DNA of 63,490 nt, counting the filler, from Limisphaerales bacterium (GTDB taxonomy: Bacteria; Verrucomicrobiota; Verrucomicrobiia; Limisphaerales; SIBE01): NCBI GenBank assembly GCA_044225505.1. It is 3 parts of 3 records of this genome, joined end to end, with 100 filler letters (N's around TTAATTAATTAA, not from the genome) between each part and the next. Parts side by side here need not be neighbours in the genome. Positions count along the whole stretch, not along the records: positions 1 to 22,057 come from JBGAIN010000147.1; 2 more parts are not named here. One strand, written 5' to 3'. Both the position numbers and the translations under genes were made by a program. Below the pieces are notes generated by a model, which saw only the letters and a list, made by a program, of their open reading frames with translations, did no database searches and had not been told where the DNA came from. Numbering within the stretch: the first letter of the stretch is position 1; each line of letters opens with the position of its first letter. Below are positions 11,072 to 22,057 of the stretch, in pieces.

Positions 11072-12022
11072 TTGAAATCCGCAACGCCAATCTTAACAAG
11101 GTTTCCCGAAGGACCTACTGCTTGGTGGGTCCACGCCGCAATATTCCTTGTTCTCTTTCAGTTGGCGGCGCCGGTGAGTTGGGCCGCCGATCGAAACCCC
11201 GGACTTTTTCGGGTCGGTTTCGGCAGCAGCCTGTTCAGCGAGGTCAACGAAAACGACGCGCGAGCTGCCATCAAAGTCTGGGGTGAGGCGATTGCCAAAG
11301 GCCGCGGCATTCCCACGGATCCAGACCCGCTCATCTTTAAGGATGCGTCGACGTTGTCCTACGCCCTCGAGCATCAAGTCATTGACGCCGTTGTCATCAC
11401 CATTGCGGACTACGCTAACGTCCAATCCTCTGCCCGCCTTTTTCCGATCTTTACGCTTATCGCCGGCGACCATAACACCGAGCAATACCTCTTGGTCGTG
11501 CACAAAGACAGCAACATTCAGACTGTCTCGGACTTGAAAGATTGCCGAATGCTCGTTCACCTCAACCCGAGGCTCTGTCTGGCATTGCCATGGCTCGACA
11601 CGATCTTCAGTGAGCAAAAGCTCTCGCCCGCTTCCAACTACGTAGCCAGTATTTCGACCAAGACCAAACTGGCGCAAGTGGTCCTCCCCGTCTTTTTCCG
11701 ACAGAGCGATGCTTGCATCGTCGGACGCAGCGGATTCGAAACAATGAAGGAGCTCAATCCGCAAGTCGGGCAGAAGTTGAAAGTGATCGCTGCCTCGCCC
11801 GAACTTGTCACCGAGGTATTGGCTCTCCGCGCCGATTACCAACCAGCTTTTCGAGAGCAACTGATCTCAGCATTGCTCGATTTGCACAAGACGCCGGCCG
11901 GGCAACAGGTCCTTACTCTCTTTCACGGGGACAAAGTTGAATTACGGCCGCTCTCCAGTTTGACCAGCACTCTGGCACTCATCACCGGAGAGGAGAACCC
12001 TCGGGCAAGCGTTGAGCACTGA
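11072..12022 (+). CDS. PhnD/SsuA-like periplasmic substrate-binding protein
   Basis: Signal peptide; LVVHKDS.I..VSDLK and VFFRQSDACIV...ELNPQVG.KLKVIA.SP pattern. No ABC permease adjacent. Confidence 0.7.
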   Translation: MKSATPILTRFPEGPTAWWVHAAIFLVLFQLAAPVSWAADRNPGLFRVGFGSSLFSEVNENDARAAIKVWGEAIAKGRGIPTDPDPLIFKDASTLSYALEHQVIDAVVITIADYANVQSSARLFPIFTLIAGDHNTEQYLLVVHKDSNIQTVSDLKDCRMLVHLNPRLCLALPWLDTIFSEQKLSPASNYVASISTKTKLAQVVLPVFFRQSDACIVGRSGFETMKELNPQVGQKLKVIAASPELVTEVLALRADYQPAFREQLISALLDLHKTPAGQQVLTLFHGDKVELRPLSSLTSTLALITGEENPRASVEH

Positions 12023-12151
12023 GGCGGACGGGCAACGCATTAACATCTCCGGACAGAGCCTCAAGTCAGACGGACGCCCATTCCCACTCGAAAACAGGCG
12101 GCTCACACCGAAACCACCGTCAGTGGAGCTGAGGGCACGGTATCGATTGTT

Positions 12152-14062
12152 TCATTCATGAGCAGGGTTCGACCAGCGCCGCCCCATGGCATCGATCAAA
12201 CTGGGCGTGATAAACAGCACGACTTGCTTTGCGTTGACTTGAACTTGGGCTTGAGTCGGAGAAACCAACGTGTGAAAACCGCTAAGCACCGCCGTTTGCT
12301 TCAACGGAATTGTCATCTTGGTGGTGGTCTGCGCAGCACTCAATCGAGGCAGGGGGATCTGCACGCGAACAGGATCTTTGCCATCGACACTCTGAAGGTA
12401 GAGTGGTCCAGGGTCATGATAGCCAAGAAAAGCTGTCAGTTCAGGAATGATCGTCATCTCAACACGCTCTCCATCGTCGCGCACGACCGGAAGCAGATCC
12501 ACCGACGAACCAAAGGGAATGGCACTGGTGGTAAACGTGTTCGTTTCTCCAGCCACTAATCCGCTCACGATGTTGCGCACGTCCACGATCTGCACTCGAG
12601 CTTGACGCCCGTTCAGCGTGATGATCCTCGGAGCGGCCATTACCACGCATTCAGGCTGCTTTTCAAAACGTTGTCGCAGGTCGGCAAACTCCGGTTCTGT
12701 CAGCAGTCCGAAGCCACCTCGCGAGACAAGTTCGATACCGCGGAGGGCCGGATTGTCAAACAGGCTGGCGCCTGCTCCGAGGTTCGATGGGCCCTGGACG
12801 ATTCCGCTACGGTTGGTAATCCACACAGGAGAGCCATCGCGAAACTGCCGCAACCGCGCGTCCAGGCCGGTAGTTTGGAGCGCCGTGGCCGTGATCTCCA
12901 GGAGCGTCATCTCGACCATCACCTGCGGCATTTTCGAGCGTGAAAGTTCAGCCCGGTTCGTTTCGTTGGCGATTTTGGGGATAGCGGCAGGAGATTGGAC
13001 TAACGCCGGAGCAGTTTCATTCGGAGATTGGGCGACGACATGCCACCACGGAATTAATAGCCCCATAATGAGCGCCAGCGCCACGGCCCAACCGTTGCCC
13101 ACGCCTGTCGCAGGGGGACGGTCGACGACTCGTCTGATGCGCTCCAACAAGGGACCGTCCGTGGATGCGAGCGACCACGGGCTCGCCGAGACGCGCATCG
13201 ATTCCAGATTGGCCAAAGCTCGGGCGTAAAGCAACGGGTCGCCACACATCATCACGGCCACGTCGTCGCAACAGTGCTCCCGCTCCAGTCGAATCTGCGC
13301 CGACACCCACCACACGAGCGGGTGGTAAAATAAAAGCGTCTCGGCCAAACTCTGCAGGAGGTTGACCAGGTAATCGTGCCGGCGGATATGCGCGAGTTCA
13401 TGCCCAAGAATGGCATCGATCTGCGCGACGGGTAAGCCGCTCAGGCAACTGATCGGGACTAAAATAATCGGCCGCAACCAACCCAAAGTCATGGGCGTCC
13501 CCTCCTGCAACTGCAGGAGTCGCACCGTCTGAGTCAGGCCGAGCCGCTGAGACAGCGTCTGCAAGCGCTCCGCCCAGGCTCCATCGACCGGCACGGCTTT
13601 TTGAACCAAGCGCTGCAAGCGTCGCCATCCCAGGCCGAGACGAAGCGTTAAGACAAGAACTCCAAGCCCCCACCCCCACAAAACGAGCCGGATGTGATTG
13701 TCGATCCAAGTTCGGACAGCGCCATCCCGATTCGACGGCCCCACATAGGCACGGTAAAGGCCCACTGGCTCATCAACGCGATGGAAGCGGGGCACTGAGG
13801 GGTTCGCACTTGGAAGCGTCACGCGGGCATATTCGGGCACCACCTGCGGGACAATCGGCGAGGCGAGAAACGTTACGACTGGTACAATTAAGAACATGGC
13901 CATGCAACCGCAGCAGAGCACGTAGCGGAGCTGCGCCGAGTGGCCGTGTAGCGTCGCGAGCGCGAGCTTCAGCAGCAGGGCCAGGAGCGTGGCTTGCCAG
14001 ACAAAGTGAATCAGGGCCCACCCGATTCGCAGAGCAAACGAAGGGTCAAAAAGGAGATTCAT
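12152..14062 (-). CDS. BlaR1/M56 metallopeptidase-family membrane sensor with secretin-like C-terminal domain
   Basis: GWALIHFVWQ, HELAHIRRHD, FYHPLVWW, EREHCCDD. C-terminus has AAPRIITLNGRQA, V.LLP.V, I.PE, QTAVLSG and VLFITP.LI, resembling a secretin C-domain. Confidence 0.85.
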   Translation of the reverse strand: MNLLFDPSFALRIGWALIHFVWQATLLALLLKLALATLHGHSAQLRYVLCCGCMAMFLIVPVVTFLASPIVPQVVPEYARVTLPSANPSVPRFHRVDEPVGLYRAYVGPSNRDGAVRTWIDNHIRLVLWGWGLGVLVLTLRLGLGWRRLQRLVQKAVPVDGAWAERLQTLSQRLGLTQTVRLLQLQEGTPMTLGWLRPIILVPISCLSGLPVAQIDAILGHELAHIRRHDYLVNLLQSLAETLLFYHPLVWWVSAQIRLEREHCCDDVAVMMCGDPLLYARALANLESMRVSASPWSLASTDGPLLERIRRVVDRPPATGVGNGWAVALALIMGLLIPWWHVVAQSPNETAPALVQSPAAIPKIANETNRAELSRSKMPQVMVEMTLLEITATALQTTGLDARLRQFRDGSPVWITNRSGIVQGPSNLGAGASLFDNPALRGIELVSRGGFGLLTEPEFADLRQRFEKQPECVVMAAPRIITLNGRQARVQIVDVRNIVSGLVAGETNTFTTSAIPFGSSVDLLPVVRDDGERVEMTIIPELTAFLGYHDPGPLYLQSVDGKDPVRVQIPLPRLSAAQTTTKMTIPLKQTAVLSGFHTLVSPTQAQVQVNAKQVVLFITPSLIDAMGRRWSNPAHE

Positions 14063-14109
14063 AATGAAGAAGGACGGTCAAGTCGCGTAGGGTCGAGAAA
14101 TCGACAATG

Positions 14110-14493
14110 CTATCCCCTGCTCTTTTCCAATTCATCCAGCAAACGCCGAATCTCCGCCAGTTCATCCCGGGACGCTTGTCGCGAAGACAAGGCATGCAAG
14201 ACCAGTTTGCTCGCCGAGCCTCCAAACGCTCGCTCGAGCAGGTCTCCGACAAGCTGCCGTTGGGTAACGGTTTCAGGCGCGGTCGCCCGGTAAACATGAC
14301 TCCGCGAGGATTCATCACGCCGGACCAGCCCTTTCTCGGCCATGATCTGCATGAGTTTCAGGGCGGTGGTGTAGCCCGTGCCCGGTTCCAGTTCGTCGAG
14401 AACCTCTCGGACGGTGCACGGACCTCGGCGCCAGAGCACACGGAGGATAGCGAGCTCAGAGTCCGTGGGACGTGGGAGTTTATGAGTTGGCAT
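14110..14493 (-). CDS. BlaI/MecI/CopY family repressor
   Basis: PTDSELAILRVLW..GP.TVREV, GYTT.LK.MQIM.EKGLV.R, FGGS..KLV. Confidence 0.93.
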   Translation of the reverse strand: MPTHKLPRPTDSELAILRVLWRRGPCTVREVLDELEPGTGYTTALKLMQIMAEKGLVRRDESSRSHVYRATAPETVTQRQLVGDLLERAFGGSASKLVLHALSSRQASRDELAEIRRLLDELEKSRG

Positions 14494-14519
14494 ATCGAGG
14501 TGAGGCGTTATACGGACCC

Positions 14520-14563
14520 ATTCTACGAATCACTTCGTAGATGTCAACGAAATCTTTCGTAGA
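14520..14563 (-). promoter_or_regulatory. Sigma-70 promoter overlapped by two palindromic operators (putative BlaI autoregulation)
   Basis: TCTACGAA-tcac-TTCGTAGA (14522-14541) and TCAACGAA-atct-TTCGTAGA (14544-14563). Minus-strand TTGACA (14547-14542), 16 nt, TAGAAT (14525-14520). Confidence 0.75.
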
Positions 14564-14795
14564 CACGCATCCATGCCCCTCCTGCCCACTCCAGCTCTCC
14601 GGCGGTAGATCGCTCTTTCATATCCCACTCGCACCTTTAACGGCATCGCCGGTGCCTTTCCCCTCTCCACAGGTCTGCCAATATTCACCCCGGACTCCAA
14701 CGATGACCCCGACGGCGATCCCGGGCTTTGAGTTCTTGAATGTTATTGTAGGTGCGCGGAATTTATTCCGCCGCGGGAAGGCGTCACTCCCGCCG

Positions 14796-15090
14796 ATACG
14801 CATGTTCGATGTTCAACCAAAGTGCCTCACGATGGCTTGAGCCACTCCCGGACACAGCCGGCAGCGTAGGCAACTGCGCCCATCATCCAGGAAGCGGCGA
14901 TTCATGGCCAGGGCCTGCAATCACAAGCCATTCTCAAGTTTCTGGTGTCGCTCCCGTCCACCGGCAACGCTTTATATCGTCCGCTGAGGATACTGCCCCC
15001 CCAGTTTCCACGCCATTCCAAGAACCAGCCGCTGCCTCGCCTCAAGCGTCAACATCTAGATTGCATTCCTCGCGGCACTGACCCTTTCGA
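14796..15090 (-). mobile_element. Internally deleted RAYT (REP-associated tyrosine transposase)-derived repeat, copy 1
   Basis: Highly similar to 62466-62757. Minus strand has TTGACG, then MAWKLGGQYP joined (frame change) to LSGRYKALPVDGS..NLRMACD, resembling the RAYT N-terminus and FSGRYK motif. Confidence 0.6.
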
Positions 15091-15576
15091 TGACACGGTT
15101 TCCCTCCGTAGCCGACGATGGCCACAGGCGGAACAGAAATCAGCTTTGAAGCACTCGCCTCGTCGGCTACCCAGGTCTGATCCGCGAGTCCGTTCCCTAA
15201 CTTCCGGAACGAACGCCTGACCAATTCCCGCCGCGGCGAAAGGGAGCAGCGCTCCACTCGCTTAACAAATCTTGGCGTGGTCGCGTCTGGGCGTGCGGAA
15301 CGCATTCAGCCATCCACCCGCTGAGTGAGCGACTGGCAAGCGATTTGTTCATTACAACAGGAGCAACCGTTCCTGATTCTGTGACGCTGGCGGCATGACT
15401 AAGGTGCCTCGAAACCCGCTGTCGCACCATCCCAGCTATGCCTTCTGCAGCGCGATAAATACCTGCTGACGGAGAGGTGGACCGGGCAATTGATCGCACG
15501 GTTTGGGAACGACCGTCTCAAACCGAAGATCGGGTGGTGACAAAAAGTCACCAAATCACGGTCGCGCACCGCCAAA

Positions 15577-18500
15577 TCAAGGCAGTCGGACGACACGATA
15601 AAAGCGGCGCGCGTCGGCCGCGAGATCCAGATCGATCGACGTCAATAGGTCCGTGGCTGTTAAATCCTCGCCGACTTTTGTCCAGTCGCGTTGCTGGAGA
15701 TCCGTCTTGAGCTCGACTTGGTACCGTTGTCCGGGTTCCGACGGCCATTCCAGCTGCCAGCGCCGCGCGCCGCTCACTTCTGACGTTGCACGGATAGCCA
15801 CGGTCAACCCGCTGTTAAGTGGCCCGGTATACTGCACCGTCACGGTCGCTACCGCGGTGGTAATCGAATTGCCGCGCAGATCATAACCCTGAACCTGGAG
15901 CACATTGGACGGCTCGCGAACCGGCACTTGCACCTTCCAAGTGGTGACCGTGCTCCACGTCACGGGATATTCCACGTTGTTCACTCGAATCGACTTCACT
16001 TCCACCGGCGCTTCGCCAGTAAGCGTTGCAGGACTGGCGTCTATGGTGAAGCTGCCAGGGGTCGTAACCGTGAACGACGGTGCGTCGACTCTCTCGAGCT
16101 GGCTCAGGATGCTTTCTCGCGCACTGGCAATCCACGCCTGCACACCCGCAGGAGAACTGACGTTGAGACCTTCGTCGCGAAACACGGCGAATTTCTCATC
16201 CATCATCGGGTTCACGTTCTCGGCCTGCATCGGTCCGAGGCAAAGTTCCTTATACGCTCGCCACATCGCGCGACGGAAAGGTGGATTGGCCAAAAGCCGC
16301 TGCATTGGACCATCCCCGCTATTCACGGCGAAAAGGTTTTGCCCTGGGCCCCAGGAACCGCTGTTCCCGAGGACAATGTTATAGTCCCAAACGAAAAGGT
16401 TCCATTTCCCCAAGTCCGGTTTGTAGCCGTACATGTTCTGTTCGTTTTGCGCGCCGAAGGAATCCCAGTTTCCCACGGCATGTTCGACCGCAAAAGTGCG
16501 CATCCATTGTTCCGCGTCCGCCACCTGCTCGAAGGCGGCCGCTTGGGCCTCGGCCCCGACTGCGTTGGCGGCGTCGACCAACTCGAAGACGGGACGGTAA
16601 TCGTTGGCGGTCGATTGCACGGCGCGCCCTAGATAATTCCAGCGGTAACGGGCCAATTTATGTACGCCGCCGGTTGTGAGGAACCGATTCAAGCTGCACC
16701 ACGCGTTGTTGCTAAAAGGCAGTGAACGTCCCGTGCTGTTTCCAAACTCAAACCACGGTTGCAGCTTGAATAGATAACCGTCCGGATCCTCTGGAAAATA
16801 CTCTTCGATGACGTCGTTTCCCGGCGTTTGGGTATCTTCCATTAACGTGCCCCGGCGCTGACCATTGATATACATCGCCACATAACGCCGGTAGAGCCAG
16901 GGCAATCCCAACTGCCGCACAAACCAGAAACAAGTTTGTTCGCGTTGGATGGTGGCATCGTCGAACGGACCATTTCCCGGCGCATGCACCTTGTTAAAAT
17001 TGTCCGTGCCCAACAAAAGGTCATCGAGAGGAAACTCGATCGAGTAGTGACCGTCATTCAAAGGTGAAGCGAACCGCTGGTGATAAGGGCTCCCAGCGTA
17101 GCGGGATCCGAAGTTATAGATCACACGAGAGTTTCCATAGACGAAGGTCCCGTCCAATCGTTCGTTGCTTAACGCCGGACGTCCCGCCCAAGTGTCGATT
17201 GCCGCCTTCGTGAACCATTGACGGTAAATCCCAAACCGGGTGTTCGGCTGCGGATCGCCAAACCGCACCAGGCACTCCCGCCCTGGTGCGTCCTTGGGAA
17301 AATTGGCGCTTTCCCCAAACGCATCTTCCGCCCGAAGAAAAAAGGCCACCAGAGTTCCTGCAGGTTGCCCGGGAATTTCGCCGCTAAATATTCCGTCGCC
17401 CGCGACCGCATCCGGGCCCGAACCATCGTCCACCATCTTCAACGATGTCACATCGGTCTCCAGGGTCAATTCGATATTGCAGCGTCACTGCATGGACGCC
17501 GTCTGAGTCCTCCACTCCCGCCGTAACGACAACGGCTTCCCCTGCCGCTGGCACGGCCGGATAAGGCGTCACCCCCCGAAACGCAGGAGGCGCGTTGGCT
17601 TTCGCGCGGCTGTTACGCGCGCCAGGGGTACCAGGGCTCGCGGCCAGCGGCAGTACCCCGGTTGCTTCCATGTAATTTCCGTGCAGTCGCAAGAGCAGCT
17701 CGGGCCAGCCAGCCAGCCATCGCGCTTTGGCCCGAATCGTCACGGTCTGGCCAGGGGTGGGACTAGTCGAAAGTTCAGCGCGAATCCGATTGGCACCGGT
17801 ATCTCCGCGGGAACTGGCCCGAATGTGGAGTGATTGCCCGCTCGCGTATCCTCCCTGGGTTTCGAGGCTGGACCGAACGTGATTGCCCATGACCACCCAG
17901 CCATCCAAACCGCTTTCAAAGTCTGGGTTGGGCACGAGATTGGCGCCCGCTGGAGTTTCAAAGACCTCGACATCATCCAAAAGGCATTCGCCTTCCCCCA
18001 GCAGCATAACCTCGACGTTCAGGATGGGGCCATTGTTATAGCCTTCGCCATAATCGAGCACCGCCGTCGCCTCGATCGTCGTCCAGGGCGCTCGGGCGGT
18101 TTCGTCGCTGTCCGCCCAATTGCCCGCCAACCGATGGTTGGCCAACGAATCGATCAACTCCAGGCTACTCCCTCCGCCGTGCGCCCATTGCCCCCAGCGT
18201 CCTCCTCCGCGCCACGAGACTTCATCAACCACCACATCCGCCACATTGGTCACAGTGACGCCGGAACGGTCAGTGGTGACGCTCACGTTCGGACGAGCCA
18301 AGGCCAAGCGTTCCCCCCCGCGCGATAGGCGGCCTCCGAAAGGTCCGAAGGTATTCGATCCGGTGAGACCGGGCGGAAAAATGAAGTCGATTCCGGCTGT
18401 GAAACGCCAACCGGTCAGATCCACGGAAGCGACCGCGGCGTTGTAAACCTCCACAAACTGTTCGCGGTCATTGCCTGAAACGGGTGCATACAAAATCTCG

Positions 18501-19546
18501 TTGATGACCACGTCGCTGATTCGAATAGCGCCGTTCCCCAGGTGGGGCGTTGGCGCCTGCATTGGATACCACTCCTCTCCACCCTCAGGAGACCGCCCCG
18601 TCGATACGTTCGACGCTTGCGCTCGGAACCGCACCGCGTCGAGCACCTGGGTTCGCGCCGGGTTTTTCAAGTAAATCGTCTCCCCTGTTCCATCCAAACC
18701 GAAACCGAGTTCGGTTTGGAAGAAAGCGCGAAATCCTCGGGGGGCGAGCGTGGATCCCGGTGGAATAACAAAACGGTCCACCTGTGGATCATCACTTAGG
18801 CTGCATCCAGAAATGTCCACGGTCTCATTCGAATGGTTGTAGAGCTCGATGAAATCTTCCAACGGCGGATCCGTCCGGGCTAGAATCTCGTTGATCAGGA
18901 CGGAACGTAATGGAGTCGCGTGAGCCACCTCCGCCCGCCCGGGCGATCCCCCCACCTCGTCACCTAGTTCCCAAGCTCGTGCCTCTCCTTCGCCGTAGGA
19001 CGGACGCGCCAAAACCAAGGAGTGCCCCGTTCCGTCCGCACCCGCTGGCCACGGCGGATTATTCGAGTAATTGATCTCCAAAAGAATTGCTCCGCGCTCG
19101 CTGAGCAACCGGACGGTGCCGGACGTTTTCAATGATCCCCGATAAGGCCCAACCACGTTGGTTGCGGTGGAAAGTGCCAGGATGTCGTGCGGGGCTTTTC
19201 CAACGACCAGGAAACCGCCTGCGGGCAAAGTCGTTCCGGGTGCGAAGGTAAACTCCGCGTCTCCCGCTAACTGATAATTGCTGAGATCGACCTGGAACGG
19301 TGTGGAGTTGTGGAGCTCGATGAATTCCAGGCTTTTACCGTCCGCCCGGTCGGCCGGTTTGACCATCAACTCGGAGATTACCAGCCCAGTTTTTCGACTG
19401 GATGGTCCGAGCGTCTCAATGGGGCCTCGCGGGCTTTGAAACACCGGCGCCGCTGCAGCGAGCGGCACCGTTAGCAGGCAAATCGTAACCCCTGGAAACG
19501 CAAAAGCATAGGCGCGCAGAACGGAGAACGGATAGAACGTGAACAT
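15577..19546 (-). pseudogene. Lamin-tail-domain / CotH-kinase secreted protein, frameshifted near 17460
   Basis: Three LTD repeats (VISELM..EFIELHN; INEIL..DFIELYN; VINEIL..FVEVYN), CotH motifs (GYLFK, VGNWDSF, WDY), C-terminal ...FYRV domain. Split over ORFs 17384-19558 and 15577-17469 by one extra base at GACCCT(G)GAGACC. Confidence 0.75.
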
Positions 19547-19974
19547 GGTGTCACCCAATCATACTGCGAAGCTTCCAGAGACGCAAAAAAACAACGTATA
19601 AGCAATCTTACACAGTACAAGCCACTGCTGGGCAAGGACTAAACCACGGCGCTCTTGCCACTCTACCGTAATGTCGGCTGCTGCCGAATGTCCGCGACTT
19701 CATGGGCGCGCGGACTTCGAGTCCGCAGGAACGGGCGCGCGGAGGGCAGGCTGAGGATTATTCCAGGCGCAGTCCGCCAACCGAGGCTTTCTGCGGAATA
19801 AACTCCGCGCTCCGATCATTTCCGAATCGAGAATCAAACAGCAGCAACGCCAAGAATCAGATCCACCCACTGAGTTCTGGTGTCGCGACAAAGCAAGTCT
19901 ATCCTCCACCTTTTTTCTGGAAACGCGCCCGTCGGGAGCGCGTATCCGCAGAGACCTTGCGCTCTTCATTGCTA

Positions 19975-20063
19975 TATAACACGGAGATAACACGGATATA
20001 GCTCGGGTTTTATCCGTGTTATATACCTGTTCTTTCCGTGTTAAATCCGAATTAAAAGCGAAT
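19975..20063. repeat. Palindromic array of ~11-bp units (ATAACACGGA / TCCGTGTTAT), copy 1
   Basis: tataacacggagataacacggatata...tatccgtgttata...tccgtgttaaa, ending ttaaaagcgaat. Related copy at 36801-36900. Confidence 0.65.
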
Positions 20064-20133
20064 CAACTCCGGCGAGACCCTTTGAACATTCCGTTGACCA
20101 CTTCCGTCTGAACTCCTTAAGATCATCTAAACT

Positions 20134-21006
20134 ATGCAAACCCACGGATCCGTATTCTCTTACCCTCCATCCTCCTCACTCTCTCGGCGAAGCTTCATCC
20201 TACAAAGCTCCGCTGTCGCCGCAGGATTACTGTTGCCCGCGCTCAGCCCCACCCAAGCGGCAAAAGCCCACAAGATCCCGGTCGGGCTTCAGCTCTACTC
20301 GCTCCGAGACCAGTGCAAAACCGATCTCCCTGGCATGCTGAGTCAAGTGTCGAAGATTGGGTATAAAGGTGTGGAATTCGCCGGATACCATGGTCGGACG
20401 GCGCAAGAGCTTCGTAAAATGCTGGATGATAATGGCTTGGTGGCATGCGGAACCCACACCCCCTACGAATCCATCTTGGGGGATAAATTGAAAGAAACCA
20501 TCGAGTTCAACCGCACTATAGGCAACAACTTCCTCATCGTCCCTTGGATGGAAGGAAAGTCGAAACAGGAATGGCTGGACAAAGCGAAGCTGTTTAACGA
20601 AGTCGCGGCGAAAGTCAAAGCGGAGCACATGTTCGTGGGATACCACGCCCACGCCCACGACTTTCATCAATTTGAGGGGAAATCAGCCTGGGACCTGTTC
20701 TTTGGAACGACCAAGCCAGAAGTGATCATGCAACTCGACACGAGCAACTGCCGGGATGGCGGCGCAGATCCAGTCGCCGTTTTAAAGAAGTATCCGGGCC
20801 GTGCGCGATCCATTCACATCAAGGCTTCCGGAGGCGGCCCTGAAGCGGTCATTGGCGAGGATCAGGTCCATTGGAAAGAGGTTTTCGCCTTCTGCGAAGG
20901 GAAAGGCAAGACGCAGTGGTATGTGGTCGAACACGAGACCAGCAAAGACCCGCTCGATGCTGTGAAACGGAATTTCGAGGCGTTGAAGAAAATGGGGAAA
21001 GTGTAA
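20134..21006 (+). CDS. Tat-exported sugar phosphate isomerase/epimerase (xylose-isomerase-like TIM barrel)
   Basis: SRRSFI twin-arginine signal, GLQLYSLR, GY.GVEFAG, GYH.H, QLD, HIK, VVEHE. Confidence 0.85.
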   Translation: MQTHGSVFSYPPSSSLSRRSFILQSSAVAAGLLLPALSPTQAAKAHKIPVGLQLYSLRDQCKTDLPGMLSQVSKIGYKGVEFAGYHGRTAQELRKMLDDNGLVACGTHTPYESILGDKLKETIEFNRTIGNNFLIVPWMEGKSKQEWLDKAKLFNEVAAKVKAEHMFVGYHAHAHDFHQFEGKSAWDLFFGTTKPEVIMQLDTSNCRDGGADPVAVLKKYPGRARSIHIKASGGGPEAVIGEDQVHWKEVFAFCEGKGKTQWYVVEHETSKDPLDAVKRNFEALKKMGKV

Positions 21007-21073
21007 GTCACACCGGACAGAGCACTTGGTACCGTGAACGGACGCCGTGGAGAACGGCGTCCGAAGAAGTCAT

Positions 21074-21170
21074 AGCGCCACCAGGCGGCGCTCTCCAAGA
21101 CACTGCCGTGCAAGGAGTAAGCCCCTGCGCTCCGTGCGGTTTTGGACTGCGGTGGACCTCCACCGCTTTT
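21074..21170. repeat. REP-like paired palindrome between convergent genes
   Basis: agcgccaccaggcggcgctctccaaga and inverted ttttggactgcggtggacctccaccgctttt: two GC hairpins in opposite orientation. Confidence 0.55.
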
Positions 21171-21190
21171 CCGGAAGAACAATCCGTGGT

Positions 21191-21745
21191 TTAAGCTTGG
21201 GCCGGAATCATTCCGGCTTTGCGGGCGTAGTTGAAAAGCCCGCCGGCATCGACAACCGGACGCACATCGCCCAGCGGTTTGAACTGATACGTCTTGCCCG
21301 TGTTGTGCACCTTGACGCTGCTGGCATCGAGGTCAACCGTCACCACATCGCCCGTCTTTAACACATCGCACAGGCGATCGACGCATTCACAGGGATAAAG
21401 TTCACCGGTGGCGACACAGTTACGGAAGAAAATACGCGCAAAGCTTTCCGCGAGAACGAGTTTAGAGCCAGCAGAGCCCATCGCGATAGGGGCGTGTTCG
21501 CGCGAGCTGCCGCAGCCGAAGTTCTTCCCTGCCACGACGATCGGAAAGTCGGTATCCAGGAGCCCTTCCTTCACGAAACGAGTCGGATAGAGCGCATCTG
21601 GAAGTCCGCACAGCGCATAGCTGCCCAGTTTCTCGTATTCATCCGGGATCGTTGGCACCAAGGTCAAGTATTGTGCCGGAATAATCTGATCGGTATCGAT
21701 ATTATCGCGCACCACATAGACCGGTCCGGTAAAGACGGATTGCAT
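21191..21745 (-). CDS. leuD: 3-isopropylmalate dehydratase small subunit
   Basis: DNIDTDQIIPA, GKNFGCGSSREHAP, AESFARIFFRN, GGLFNY. Confidence 0.9.
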   Translation of the reverse strand: MQSVFTGPVYVVRDNIDTDQIIPAQYLTLVPTIPDEYEKLGSYALCGLPDALYPTRFVKEGLLDTDFPIVVAGKNFGCGSSREHAPIAMGSAGSKLVLAESFARIFFRNCVATGELYPCECVDRLCDVLKTGDVVTVDLDASSVKVHNTGKTYQFKPLGDVRPVVDAGGLFNYARKAGMIPAQA

Positions 21746-21891
21746 AGCGTGAAATGTGGCAAGCGGCGGAGGGGCTTTCAACTGAAAAGAAATCGGACCG
21801 AACCAAATGGCCAGCTGGGGCGTTCAACGGTTGAAGTGAATGTCCAGGTGAAACCGATGAGTGAAATCCAATCACGGATGGGGTTTAGCCA

Positions 21892-22057
21892 ATGAAGAAC
21901 CGCGAGGCTACTCCCTCCCTCTTGGCATCGGTGCGATCGCTCTTCACCTGGACGGACGAGCAAGCGATGGGGCGCGTTCAAGCAACGGGGGACGCGCAGG
22001 CTTTCGCGCAACTCATGCGTCGCTGGCAAGGCCCCATTCAAAACCTCTGCGCGCGCA
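21892..22057 (+). CDS. ECF sigma factor N-terminus, cut by contig end
   Basis: TDEQAM.RVQ..GD..AFAQLMRRWQGPI pattern of ECF region 1.2/2. Confidence 0.55.

Noticed and set aside
19975..20063. Possible CRISPR array
   Set aside because: Units are ~11 bp with no unique spacers, and no cas genes are present.
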